From: Clostridia bacterium
GTDB lineage: Bacteria > Bacteroidota > Bacteroidia > Bacteroidales > 4484-276
DNA: 64,000 nucleotides
Assembly: GCA_009928785.1 (NCBI GenBank)
Contig: SABY01000001.1
Location: 91,184 to 155,183, forward strand
Direction of reading: 5' to 3'
Below the pieces are notes generated by a model that worked only from the letters and a program-made list of their open reading frames with translations, had not been told where the DNA came from and made no database searches. A program made the position numbers and the translations under genes. Below, one piece after another: positions 54,875 to 64,000 of this stretch (positions are counted from its first letter, which is position 1; the number at the start of each line of letters is the position of its first letter).

Positions 54875-56806
54875 ATGTACGATATTATCGAATTGAACGG
54901 CAAACTGCTGACCGAACTCAAACAAATCGCCAAAGATTTGGACATCAGCAAAACCAATAATCTTAAGAAGCAGGATTTGATCTATAAAATTTTGGATCAT
55001 CAGGCTTTGAATCCACCTCCGACAACCGACCGCAAAGGTCGTCAGGAGCAAGGTAACCAAGACAATGGCAACGGTTTCGATCCGCGTAATCAAAATCGCA
55101 ACCGCCGCCGCCGCCTCGCTCCGGAGCCGGTGAAAGAAAAGTTGGCTTCGAGCAACACCGGAGGTCAACTGCCAATAGCAGCCAAAACAACTCCTGCCAA
55201 TGGTGGCGACGAAAAAACCGAAAAGCCCGAAAAAACCGAAAAAGCCGAAAAAGCTCCGGCACAGCAGGAGCGTCCTTTTGGCCACGAAAATCGGCAGCGA
55301 ACTGATAAAGATCACAACACCAAGCGTTTCGAACGACGCGACAACCGCCAGGCAGCTCCCCAGGAAGACAAAACACAACCTTCAACTGACAACCGCTCTG
55401 ACGAAAATCGTACACCGGAAAACCGTACACCGGAAAACCGTACTCCTGAAACCCGTTCATCTGGCAACCGCTCCTCCGACAACCGCTCCTCCGATAATCG
55501 TTCCTCCGACAACCGCTCCTCCGATAATCGTTCGTCTGACAATCGTTCCTCCGACAATCGTTCCTCCGACAACCGCTCCTCCGACAATCGTTCTTATGAT
55601 TTACCCGAACTGGGCAATACCGATGAACACTACCAGCCTCCGCGTGGTAATGGCCCACAGCGTCATAATAAGAATGTGGCTTCTGAGCTTGATGGTGCGG
55701 TGACTACCGAGGGCGTGCTGGAAGTGATTCAGGATGGATATGGATTTTTGCGCTCGGCTGATTACAACTACCTCAATTCACCAGACGATATTTATGTTTC
55801 GCAATCGCAAATAAAACTTTTTGGCCTCAAAACCGGTGACACTATTCGTGGTGCTATCCGCCCTCCCAAAGAAGGCGAGAAGTATTTTCCGCTTATCAAA
55901 GTAGAAGAAATCAACGGTCGTACACCCGAAGAAGCCCGCGACCGTATCCCGTTCGATTTTCTGACGCCGCTATTTCCGGAGAAAAAATTTAACCTGACAG
56001 GCCACCCCGGCGAAACCGTTTCCACACGGGTCATCGATATGTTTACGCCCATTGGCAAAGGACAGCGTGGATTGATCGTGGCGCAGCCCAAAACAGGTAA
56101 AACCGTTTTGCTCAAGGAAATTGCCAACGCCATTGCACACAATCACCCCGAAGTTTATATGATCGTACTGCTCATCGACGAGCGTCCCGAAGAGGTTACC
56201 GATATGGCACGCAGCGTAAAAGCCGAAGTTATTGCAAGTACCTTCGACGAGCCTGCCGAGCGCCACGTAAAAATTGCCAATATCGTACTCGAAAAAGCCA
56301 AGCGCCTCACCGAGTGTGGCCACGACGTGGTGATATTGCTCGATTCTATTACCCGTTTGGCGCGCGCTTATAATACGGTGTCGCCGGCTTCGGGAAAAGT
56401 ATTATCGGGTGGGGTGGAAGCCAACGCACTGCACAAGCCCAAGCGTTTCTTTGGAGCCGCACGTCAGATAGAAAATGGCGGTTCGCTCACCATTATCTCT
56501 ACAGCACTCATCGACACCGGGTCGAAAATGGACGAGGTGATCTTTGAAGAGTTTAAGGGTACCGGCAACATGGAGTTGCAGCTCGATCGCAAGCTCTCCA
56601 ATAAACGCATCTATCCCTCTATCGACATTGTGGCATCGAGTACCCGCCGCGACGACCTGCTTCTCGATAAAGAAATCCTACAACGAATCTGGATATTGCG
56701 CAACCATCTGGCCGACATGAACCCCGTGGAAGCCATGGAATTCCTAAAAGATAAAATGCGTTTTACACAAACCAACGAGGAGTTTTTGATCTCGATGAAT
56801 AGTTAA
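54875..56806 (+). CDS. rho: Transcription termination factor Rho with a roughly 230-aa low-complexity N-terminal insertion
   Basis: Rho_N ([22 protein letters not shown]), CSD-like RNA-binding domain ([14 protein letters not shown]), Walker A ([15 protein letters not shown]) and C-terminal ATPase. Confidence 0.95.
   Translation: MYDIIELNGKLLTELKQIAKDLDISKTNNLKKQDLIYKILDHQALNPPPTTDRKGRQEQGNQDNGNGFDPRNQNRNRRRRLAPEPVKEKLASSNTGGQLPIAAKTTPANGGDEKTEKPEKTEKAEKAPAQQERPFGHENRQRTDKDHNTKRFERRDNRQAAPQEDKTQPSTDNRSDENRTPENRTPENRTPETRSSGNRSSDNRSSDNRSSDNRSSDNRSSDNRSSDNRSSDNRSSDNRSYDLPELGNTDEHYQPPRGNGPQRHNKNVASELDGAVTTEGVLEVIQDGYGFLRSADYNYLNSPDDIYVSQSQIKLFGLKTGDTIRGAIRPPKEGEKYFPLIKVEEINGRTPEEARDRIPFDFLTPLFPEKKFNLTGHPGETVSTRVIDMFTPIGKGQRGLIVAQPKTGKTVLLKEIANAIAHNHPEVYMIVLLIDERPEEVTDMARSVKAEVIASTFDEPAERHVKIANIVLEKAKRLTECGHDVVILLDSITRLARAYNTVSPASGKVLSGGVEANALHKPKRFFGAARQIENGGSLTIISTALIDTGSKMDEVIFEEFKGTGNMELQLDRKLSNKRIYPSIDIVASSTRRDDLLLDKEILQRIWILRNHLADMNPVEAMEFLKDKMRFTQTNEEFLISMNS
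55388..55597 (+). repeat. In-frame 15-bp tandem repeat (14 units) encoding (D/E)NR(S/T)(S/P) pentapeptides inside rho
   Basis: Units alternate between the codon flavours gacaaccgctcctcc and gaYaatcgttcctcc, both encoding DNRSS. Confidence 0.9.
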
Positions 56807-56863
56807 AAGAGTTTTTTTATAAAAAAATATTGAAAATAAATTGGCCATCTAAAAATTAGTATC

Positions 56864-56871
56864 TAATTTTG
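56864..56871 (+). promoter_or_regulatory. Bacteroidota -7 promoter box for rpmG
   Basis: taattttg matches TAnnTTTG 31 nt upstream of the ATG at 56902. Confidence 0.5.
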
Positions 56872-56901
56872 CCGGCCTGAAAAATTGAAGGAAACAGACA
56901 A

Positions 56902-57090
56902 ATGGCAAAAAAATCTAAAGACGCACGCATCCAGGTAATTCTGGAATGTACCGAGCACAAAACCAGTGGTTTGCCCGGAACATCACGGTACATCACTACC
57001 AAAAACAAGAAGAATACACCTGACAGAATGGAGTTGAAAAAGTTCAATCCCATTATGAAGAAAATGACTACTCACAGAGAAATCAAATAA
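56902..57090 (+). CDS. rpmG: 50S ribosomal protein L33
   Basis: 62 aa: [42 protein letters not shown]. Confidence 0.9.
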   Translation: MAKKSKDARIQVILECTEHKTSGLPGTSRYITTKNKKNTPDRMELKKFNPIMKKMTTHREIK

Positions 57091-57102
57091 AAACAATACA
57101 TT

Positions 57103-57255
57103 ATGGCAAAGAAAGTTGTTGCTTCGCTGCAATCGAGCAGTAAAGACTTCGCAAAGGTGATACAGGTTGTAAAATCTGCAAAAACCGGCGCTTACACCTT
57201 CAAAGAAGAAATTGTTCCTAACGACAAGGTGCAGGAGTTCATTGGTAAAAAATAA
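57103..57255 (+). CDS. DUF4295-like small protein (50 aa, below the ORF-track cutoff)
   Basis: Translated by hand: MAKKVVASLQSSSKDFAKVIQVVKSAKTGAYTFKEEIVPNDKVQEFIGKK. The position between rpmG and ftsY is conserved in Bacteroidota. Confidence 0.65.
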   Translation: MAKKVVASLQSSSKDFAKVIQVVKSAKTGAYTFKEEIVPNDKVQEFIGKK

Positions 57256-57283
57256 TATCATCCCTTCAGGGCAATGATACGTA

Positions 57284-57315
57284 AGCCTTTTCCGCTACCG
57301 GGGAAGGCTTTTTTT
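57284..57315 (+). terminator. Intrinsic terminator / attenuator between the DUF4295 gene and ftsY
   Basis: Stem agccttttcc / ggggaaggct (two G-U pairs) with loop gctacc, followed by a T7 run. Confidence 0.6.
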
Positions 57316-57348
57316 GTATGGTGACAAACTAACAAAACCGCAGTACTT

Positions 57349-58314
57349 ATGGGACTATTTGACGTTTTTTCCAAAAAGAAAAAGGAGAAGCTCGACGAAG
57401 GCCTCGAAAAAACCAAGGCCAGCGTATTTTCGAAACTTACCAAAGCCGTTGCCGGAAAATCCAAAGTTGACGACGAAGTGCTCGACAACCTGGAGGAAAT
57501 CCTGGTTACTTCCGACGTTGGTGTAAGCACTACACTAAAGATCATCGAGCGCATCGAAGCACGCGTGGCACGCGATAAATATCTGGGAACCTCAGAGCTT
57601 AATCGTCTGCTGAAAGAAGAAATTGCCGATCTATTGTCCGAAAACGAAAGCGGAGTTTTGTTGCCATTTGACTTTGCGCCGCGCCCGGATCCTTACGTGA
57701 TTATGGTGGTGGGTGTAAATGGTGTGGGCAAAACTACTACTATAGGCAAGCTGGCACACCAATTTAAAAGTGCCGGCAAAAAAGTGGTGCTCGGAGCCGC
57801 CGATACTTTCCGTGCTGCCGCCGTCGATCAGCTCACCATTTGGTCGGAGCGTGCAGGCGTTCCCATTGTAAGTCAGGGCATGGGCGCCGATCCGGCTTCC
57901 GTTGCCTTCGACACCCTTAAGTCGGCTGTGGCCGGAAACTTTGAAGTGGTAATCATCGACACCGCCGGAAGGCTGCACAACAAAATCGGCCTGATGAACG
58001 AGCTTACAAAAATTAAAATGGTGATGAAAAAAGTGGTGGCCGATGCCCCACACGAAATATTGCTGGTGCTGGATGCTTCTACCGGCCAAAACGCCATTGA
58101 GCAAGCACGCCAGTTTACGGCAGCTACCGAAGTAAATGCGCTGGCACTTACCAAGCTCGACGGCACGGCCAAAGGCGGAGTTGTAATTGGTATTTCCGAT
58201 CAGTTTAAAGTGCCGGTGAAATATATTGGCATCGGCGAAAAAATGGAAGACCTTCAGATTTTTAATAAAAATGAATTCGTCGATTCGCTTTTTGCAGGGG
58301 AAGGAAGAGGTTAG
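57349..58314 (+). CDS. ftsY: Signal recognition particle receptor FtsY
   Basis: NG domain motifs GVNGVGKTTTIGKLA, DTAGRL and TKLDGTAKGG. Confidence 0.95.
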   Translation: MGLFDVFSKKKKEKLDEGLEKTKASVFSKLTKAVAGKSKVDDEVLDNLEEILVTSDVGVSTTLKIIERIEARVARDKYLGTSELNRLLKEEIADLLSENESGVLLPFDFAPRPDPYVIMVVGVNGVGKTTTIGKLAHQFKSAGKKVVLGAADTFRAAAVDQLTIWSERAGVPIVSQGMGADPASVAFDTLKSAVAGNFEVVIIDTAGRLHNKIGLMNELTKIKMVMKKVVADAPHEILLVLDASTGQNAIEQARQFTAATEVNALALTKLDGTAKGGVVIGISDQFKVPVKYIGIGEKMEDLQIFNKNEFVDSLFAGEGRG

Positions 58315-58572
58315 AGGTTAGAAGGAAGAGGTTAGAAGGAAGAGGTTAGAAGGAAGAGGTTAGAGGTTAGAAGGAAGAGGTTAGAAGGAAGAGGTTAGAA
58401 GGAAGAGGTTAGAGGTTAGAAGTAAAGAGGTTAGAGGTTAGAAGTAAAGAGGTTAGAGGTTAGAAGTAAAGAGGTTAGAGGTTAGAAGTAAAGAGGTTAG
58501 AGGTTAGAAGTAAAGAGGTTAGAAGTTAGAAGTAAAGAGGTTAGAAGTAAAGAGGTTAGAGGTTAGAAGATT
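58300..58572. repeat. Hierarchical purine-rich tandem array built from the heptamers gaggtta / gaaggaa and the octamer gaagtaaa
   Basis: 49-bp super-unit x2 (58307-58404), then the 22-bp unit gaggttagaggttagaagtaaa x5. The array starts inside the last 5 codons of ftsY and supplies its TAG stop. Confidence 0.95.
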
Positions 58573-58618
58573 GAAAAGATTTGAATCTTGCTTTTAGTTA
58601 TAAAAAACCGTTTTTAAA

Positions 58619-59932
58619 TTGTTAACAAAGAAATCCCATCAGAACATTCACATTATCACCCTGGGCTGCTCAAAAAATATAGTGGACTCAGAGGTGCTTT
58701 CGCGCCAGTTGAAGGCGGGTGGTTATGCGGTTCAACATGATGCTGAGTCGGTGGAAGGGGGCATCGTTATTATCAACACCTGCGGCTTTATCAACGACGC
58801 GAAGGAAGAATCGATAGAAACGATTTTGCAATTTGCCAAAGCCCGAAAAGATGCAAGAATCGACCGCCTGTATGTGATGGGCTGCTTATCGCAACGCTAT
58901 AAGTCACAACTCGAAGACGAGATTCATGAGGTGGATGCTTTTTATGGTGTTTCCGATCTCGCCATTATCCTCAACGATTTGAAGGTGGACTACCGCAAGG
59001 AGCTAATTGGCGAGCGCACCGTTACCACTCCCCGGCATTATGCCTATCTTAAAATTTCGGAAGGCTGCGACCGCAATTGTGCTTTTTGTGCTATCCCCCT
59101 CATTCGTGGCAAACACGTATCCCGCACCATCGAAAGCCTGGTGGCTGAGGCGCATTATCTTGTTGCTAATGGTGTAAAGGAGTTGATTTTGATTGCCCAG
59201 GATATTACCTGGTATGGTCTGGATATCTACCGGCGTCGCGCGCTGGCCGAATTGGTACGCGCTCTTTCAACTGTGCCGGGACTAAAATGGATACGGCTGC
59301 ATTATGCTTACCCTGCGGGTTTTCCGATGGATGTACTTGAAGTGATGCGCGATGCGCCCAACGTATGTCGGTACCTCGATATTCCGTTACAACATATCTC
59401 CGATCCAATTTTGCGCACCATGCAGCGTGGCCATACCGCCGATCAAACGCGTGAGCTTTTGCAAAAACTGCGCGCTTCGATTCCGGGCGTGGCATTGCGC
59501 ACAACCCTTATTGTAGGATTTCCCGGCGAAACGGAGAATGATTTCGAGGCTTTGAAAGCATTTGTTGCGGAGCAGAAATTTGAGCGGCTGGGGGTGTTCC
59601 CCTATTCGCACGAAGAAGATACACCCGCCTATGCCCTTGCCGACGATGTGCCGGAGGAAGTAAAACAGGAGCGCGCGCTGGAGCTAATGGCTTTGCAGGA
59701 AGATATTTCGCTGGAGCTGAATAACCAGCATATCGGGAAGATTTATAATACCATCATCGACCGCAAAGAAGGTGAGTATTGGGTGGGACGCACCGAGTAC
59801 GATTCGCCGGAGGTGGACAACGAAGTGCTGATAGGTTCCTCCTATCCTTTGATTATTGGGGAATTTTATATGATAAAAATCATCGGCGCCGAACCTTTTG
59901 ATCTCTATGGCGAACCGGCAGGAGAGGAGTAG
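58619..59932 (+). CDS. rimO: Ribosomal protein S12 methylthiotransferase RimO
   Basis: MTTase N-domain (ITLGCSKN), radical-SAM motif CDRNCAFCAIP, and a C-terminal TRAM domain. The start is non-ATG (TTG) in the ORF track, so the exact start is uncertain. Confidence 0.9.
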   Translation: MLTKKSHQNIHIITLGCSKNIVDSEVLSRQLKAGGYAVQHDAESVEGGIVIINTCGFINDAKEESIETILQFAKARKDARIDRLYVMGCLSQRYKSQLEDEIHEVDAFYGVSDLAIILNDLKVDYRKELIGERTVTTPRHYAYLKISEGCDRNCAFCAIPLIRGKHVSRTIESLVAEAHYLVANGVKELILIAQDITWYGLDIYRRRALAELVRALSTVPGLKWIRLHYAYPAGFPMDVLEVMRDAPNVCRYLDIPLQHISDPILRTMQRGHTADQTRELLQKLRASIPGVALRTTLIVGFPGETENDFEALKAFVAEQKFERLGVFPYSHEEDTPAYALADDVPEEVKQERALELMALQEDISLELNNQHIGKIYNTIIDRKEGEYWVGRTEYDSPEVDNEVLIGSSYPLIIGEFYMIKIIGAEPFDLYGEPAGEE

Positions 59933-61098
59933 GGAACAGAAAACTCAAGTCGTACCGAAGCGCCACCTTTTTCATGGTTTCTCACCGATACTTTGCCCTG
60001 GTGCAAATCCATCACCAGCTTTATTGTAGATAAGCCTAAGCCAAAGCCGTCGTATTTTAGATCGGGGCCTTTTTTGGCAAATCTTTCAAAAATCTGTTCC
60101 AGGTTTTTCTTAGCGAAACCGGCACCATCATCATTAATCTCCAGGATGGTTTTTTCTCCATCTTTATGCAACTGATAAGTTATCTCACATCGGTCGCCGC
60201 ATGCTTTAATGGCATTCTCGGTAACTTTACCTATGATGTTATCGATGAGATTAAAATCGCCCCGAACCTTGCTGTCGCTGTGGGCGAAGTTGAAGTGGAA
60301 TTCCAGATGATCTCCCTTAAAGGAGCTTTGGTAGCGGCGTGCATTGGCCTGACAGATTGCTTTAAGGTCGATAAGTGAAAAATCGGGTGCATATTTTCCC
60401 AACTCAAGTTCGGTAAGCAATAAGGCTGTTTCGGAAAGGGAGATAAGCCGGTTGGTAGATATTTTCAGTTCCGTAAGGTCGTCTATGAGGTCGGTGTTTT
60501 TCAAAGCATCATTCAATATTTCTGTAAAACCACTGATGATATTTAGCGGTGTGCGTAGCTCATGACTGATAAGTCGCAGAAAGTTGGATTTGGCCTCATC
60601 GAGTATTTCCAGCTTTTTATGCGCATGGCGCAGCAGTTCAGTACGCTGTGTTACCGCTTCTTCCAACGACAGATTAAGGCGTTCTAATGCTTCGTGTTGT
60701 TTTTTCAGCTCAATTTGTGTTTTTACGCGCAGCAACAATTCCCGGCTATTGAATGGTTTAAAAATATAATCATTAGCACCCAGTGCCAAACCATTGAGCA
60801 CACTCTGGCTATCGGCTTTGGCTGACAGGAATACAACCGGCATCTGCTGCAAGGCCGGAATAGATTTAACTTTCCGGCATACGCTGAAACCGTCTTGCCC
60901 CGGCATTACAATATCGAGCAGCAGCAGATCATATTTTTGATCCTTGTCCATCAACATGTGCAGCGCTTCGGCGCCACTGGTAGCAAACGACAGGTTGTAG
61001 TTCTGCTCCATGAGTATCTGCCCGATAATCTGAATATTTTCGATATTATCGTCAACAATTAGGATGTTGATGTCCTGACTTTGGTAAAGTGAACTCAT
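59905..61098 (-). CDS. Response-regulator receiver fused to a histidine kinase core (REC-HisKA-HATPase)
   Basis: ILIVDDN...LLLLDIVMPGQDG receiver, H-box FLRLISHELRTPLN, and G-box DDGAGF...GLGLS. Confidence 0.85.
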   Translation of the reverse strand: MSSLYQSQDINILIVDDNIENIQIIGQILMEQNYNLSFATSGAEALHMLMDKDQKYDLLLLDIVMPGQDGFSVCRKVKSIPALQQMPVVFLSAKADSQSVLNGLALGANDYIFKPFNSRELLLRVKTQIELKKQHEALERLNLSLEEAVTQRTELLRHAHKKLEILDEAKSNFLRLISHELRTPLNIISGFTEILNDALKNTDLIDDLTELKISTNRLISLSETALLLTELELGKYAPDFSLIDLKAICQANARRYQSSFKGDHLEFHFNFAHSDSKVRGDFNLIDNIIGKVTENAIKACGDRCEITYQLHKDGEKTILEINDDGAGFAKKNLEQIFERFAKKGPDLKYDGFGLGLSTIKLVMDLHQGKVSVRNHEKGGASVRLEFSVPYSSPAGSP

Positions 61099-61106
61099 GC
61101 ATAGTT

Positions 61107-63851
61107 TTATTTAGTAAAAGTGTAGTGTTCCCCGATGATTTGTGGAAAATGCTGCAAAAGTTGTTTTACTTTTTGTGTATCAAATTTTTTCACTGCCATA
61201 CTCATGGTGCTGGCATACAGGGCAAGTTCGTTTAGTTGATGTTGTGTGGCAAAGCTGTAGAGATCGGCTGCAAAAGCGAGGTATTTGTTCATGGCATTGG
61301 TCTCGATGATTTGATGCCATTGAAGCAAAAAATCATTTCTAAGTGTATTGCCAATTTCATGGGTCATGGCCGGGAGGTCTTCTGCAAAATCAAAATCATC
61401 TTCATTATTAACTCCATCATCTTTGTCGGAAAAGGAAATAGTATGGGGGAGAATTTCGGCGGTTTTGTTGTAAAGTTCATCCAGGATGAGGGGTTTAGTA
61501 ATTAGTCCTGCGAAGAGATCATGGTCTTGTTGTGGCATTTGACCGAAAATTTCAGAGGCTGAAAAAGCTAAAATCTTGATTTTGCCGCCTTCAGCGTCAT
61601 TCTTTATAGCGCGGGTAGCTTCCAGGCCATCTACCATCGACATTTTTAAGTCCATCAATATTAAGGCGGGCTTGTAGCTTAAGGCCATCTCAATTGCTTG
61701 CGCTCCATTTTCCGCTTCAATGATTCTAAGGTTGGTTTTTTCAAAACAAGTCTTTATCAAATCGCGATTCATCACTTCATCATCAGCAATAAGCAGCAGG
61801 CTGTTTTTAAAGTCGTAAATGGGTTGTGTCGGGGGCTTTTTTGCCGGCGCCGTAGCAGAGCTGATTTCATAAACTACCGGCACGTTGTCAAAATATACAG
61901 CGAAAGTACTGCCTTTGCCCTTTTCGCTGGTGAGCGCAATGCGCCCGTTCATCATTTCGGTGAGGCGGCGCGAGATGGCCAAACCAAGTCCTGAACCACC
62001 CAACTTTTTTTGCTCTTTCTGGTTTACCTGCCTGAATGGCTCAAAAATGATTTCCTGGTCGGCGGCATCTATACCCATACCCGTATCTTCTATTTGTATT
62101 CTGATGTTGGTTTTCCCCGACATTTGCGCACTGAAATTGTTGGTGCCCGCGCAATCAATTGTCACGCTAACATGCCCGATGTCGGTAAATTTTATGGCAT
62201 TACCCACCAGGTTCATCATAATTTGTCGCAGTCTAACCTCATCCAAAATCACTTCGTGCGGCACACATTTATTAATATCCAGAAGAAATGAAATGTCCTT
62301 TTCCTGGGCTTTGAGCACAAACAGTTCGCGGATGCCCTGAGCAAGGAATCTGAGATTTACCCGGTCGCTATTTAGCGTAACCCGGTTGGCTTCTATCTTC
62401 GACATATCCAGGATGTCGTTGAGAAACTGCAGCAGATTGTAACTGCTCACCTCGATGGACTCGGTGTATTTTTTAAGCTGAGGGTCTTCAATGTTTTTAT
62501 TAAGGAAAGTATTAAATCCAATAATAATGTTGAGCGGGGTTCGGATTTCGTGGCTCATGTTGGCCATAAACTGCGATCGGAATGCCAGTGCCTGCTCGGT
62601 TTCCTGGTTTGAGTGTTTCAGGTTTTGGTTCAGCACTTCCAGGTCGTGCTGCGATTTGAGCAGCAACTGGTTGCGTTTTCTTATTTGTATTATCAATAGA
62701 ATAACAACTACTGCAAAAATCACCAACAGTGTGGTAACAGCCAGGAAAACATAATTAATAACTATGATGCGACGGCTCCTTGCCTGTTGCTCGGTCATCT
62801 GCTCCTGAAGTTGCTGGTTTTCGGCCTCCTTTTTCTCCGATTCATAGCGCGTGGTTACCTCGTCAAGTGCTTTTTGAGCTTCGTATCTATTGATGGTGTC
62901 ATTCATCATTATCACCGAATCCTGATAGGAATACGCCTTTTTATAATCGTTGATCGACAAGAAATGATTACGCAGCACCATATAAATTTTAAGTCGTTTT
63001 CCGGAGGCATCATTTTCACGGGCCAATTTTAGACTTTCGTTGAGATAGGTAAATCCCTTTTCGTAATCGTTGAGTTGTAGATAAGTTTCGCCAATATTGA
63101 GCATTAGCCCGGCACGATCAAAAACATTGTTGGTTTTATTCAGCTCATTTTCGGCCAGAAAAAAATATTTCAGCGCATCGTAAAAGTATTTTATTTTGTT
63201 TTGATTTGATGCGATCTTGGAATAGTTTGTAGCGATATTTACATACAAAGAGTACTTTTGTCTAGGGTTTTTCAGCAGGTCTATCATCGGCAGCAACTCC
63301 TCAAAAACCTGCTGTGCTTCCTGCAGACGCATCGCATCCATATAAATAGTGCCAATATTCATGCGAGTCATAATCATGGAAGCAGTATCTCCAACAATTT
63401 TTTTGTACTCCACAGCTCTGGTGTAATAGTCGATGGCCTTATCATAATCTGTTTGAATGCTTTGATAAAGCACGCCCAGATTGTTGAGCGACTGAGCTAT
63501 AATAAAAGGGTCGCCCGATGCCTCGCTCACCCGCAGCGCTTCGGTCCAGTAATAGGCCAGCTTACTATAATTGCCTTCGAAATAATAGGATTTTCCGATG
63601 CGCGCATAAAAAGAAACTTCAAACACTGCATTGCCTGCAGTCTTGGCCAGCACGGCACCTTCTTCACAAAGCAAACGGCAGGAGTCGCCATTGGTATTGA
63701 TAAGATCAAGGGTAATATCCTCATAGGCTTTGAGGCGCAGCGAATCGGAGTAACTGGTATTGCGGGCTGCATCCACCAGGCTGTCGATGTTCACCGAGGC
63801 AACCACTTGTATCGACAGTAAAACACAGAGCAAGTTGAGAATGGTTTTCAT
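61107..63851 (-). CDS. Hybrid sensor histidine kinase (TPR sensor - TM - HisKA - HATPase - REC - HPt-like tail)
   Basis: Signal/TM, TPR-like repeats (YYxxAL patterns), coiled coil, TM helix, H-box FMANMSHEIRTPLN, DTGMGI...GGSGLGLAISR, receiver LLIADDEVMN...ILMDLKM, and a C-terminal helical HPt-like region. The start is taken at the internal MKTILNLL. Confidence 0.85.
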   Translation of the reverse strand: MKTILNLLCVLLSIQVVASVNIDSLVDAARNTSYSDSLRLKAYEDITLDLINTNGDSCRLLCEEGAVLAKTAGNAVFEVSFYARIGKSYYFEGNYSKLAYYWTEALRVSEASGDPFIIAQSLNNLGVLYQSIQTDYDKAIDYYTRAVEYKKIVGDTASMIMTRMNIGTIYMDAMRLQEAQQVFEELLPMIDLLKNPRQKYSLYVNIATNYSKIASNQNKIKYFYDALKYFFLAENELNKTNNVFDRAGLMLNIGETYLQLNDYEKGFTYLNESLKLARENDASGKRLKIYMVLRNHFLSINDYKKAYSYQDSVIMMNDTINRYEAQKALDEVTTRYESEKKEAENQQLQEQMTEQQARSRRIIVINYVFLAVTTLLVIFAVVVILLIIQIRKRNQLLLKSQHDLEVLNQNLKHSNQETEQALAFRSQFMANMSHEIRTPLNIIIGFNTFLNKNIEDPQLKKYTESIEVSSYNLLQFLNDILDMSKIEANRVTLNSDRVNLRFLAQGIRELFVLKAQEKDISFLLDINKCVPHEVILDEVRLRQIMMNLVGNAIKFTDIGHVSVTIDCAGTNNFSAQMSGKTNIRIQIEDTGMGIDAADQEIIFEPFRQVNQKEQKKLGGSGLGLAISRRLTEMMNGRIALTSEKGKGSTFAVYFDNVPVVYEISSATAPAKKPPTQPIYDFKNSLLLIADDEVMNRDLIKTCFEKTNLRIIEAENGAQAIEMALSYKPALILMDLKMSMVDGLEATRAIKNDAEGGKIKILAFSASEIFGQMPQQDHDLFAGLITKPLILDELYNKTAEILPHTISFSDKDDGVNNEDDFDFAEDLPAMTHEIGNTLRNDFLLQWHQIIETNAMNKYLAFAADLYSFATQHQLNELALYASTMSMAVKKFDTQKVKQLLQHFPQIIGEHYTFTK

Positions 63852-64000
63852 ACTGGTGTCTGTAAGTATGCTTCCCGGCGCATTATTCACGATTTTGATC
63901 CTGCGGTTGGAAGCGTCTGTAATGTCGGTCAAAGTTACTATTTTACACAAACCGACAATTTATTTTTGATGATTTATTAAGGATTTTGATTTTACAGAAA

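Noticed and set aside
54776-55703. ORFs 54776-55378 (-), 54963-55658 (-), 55200-55703 (+) and 55312-55587 (-) across the rho repeat region
   Set aside because: These are translations of the in-frame 15-bp repeat and flanks in wrong frames or on the wrong strand. The rho frame is continuous from the Rho_N domain to the ATPase.

Overview
The window looks like a chromosomal segment of an anaerobic Bacteroidota genome. Supporting evidence: the T9SS translocon gene sprA directly downstream of ruvA, T9SS C-terminal sorting tails, TAnnTTTG -7 promoter boxes, and the DUF4293-rho and rpmG-DUF4295-ftsY arrangements. No rRNA, tRNA, CRISPR array, transposase or integrase could be supported. Housekeeping genes include rluD, ddl, pyrH, ruvA, rho, ftsY, rimO and rmuC. 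They are interleaved with a roughly 13 kb cluster typical of selenium-dependent molybdenum hydroxylase / anaerobic purine-urate catabolism: mocA-like, ygfK, a fused 2Fe-2S/Mo hydroxylase, ssnA, hyuA, ygeW and ygeY, with ygeX/dpaL displaced about 17 kb away. Directly beside this cluster lies the most unusual module: a compact operon encoding a two-cysteine DsrC-type protein, a NarI/DsrM-like membrane protein and an HdrD/DsrK-like CCG iron-sulfur protein, followed by an EF2568-like cysteine desulfurase. No dsrAB is present in the window. The second striking property is the amount of short-period tandem DNA in intergenic regions. There are several 7-bp arrays in three sequence families, one 476-bp 10-bp-phased AATT array, hierarchical 22/49-bp arrays, a 148-bp repeat, and two families of REP/MITE-like nested hairpins. 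Several of these abut or supply the stop codons of the adjacent genes. All functional calls come from reading the translated ORFs (motifs, domain order, synteny). No database search was run.
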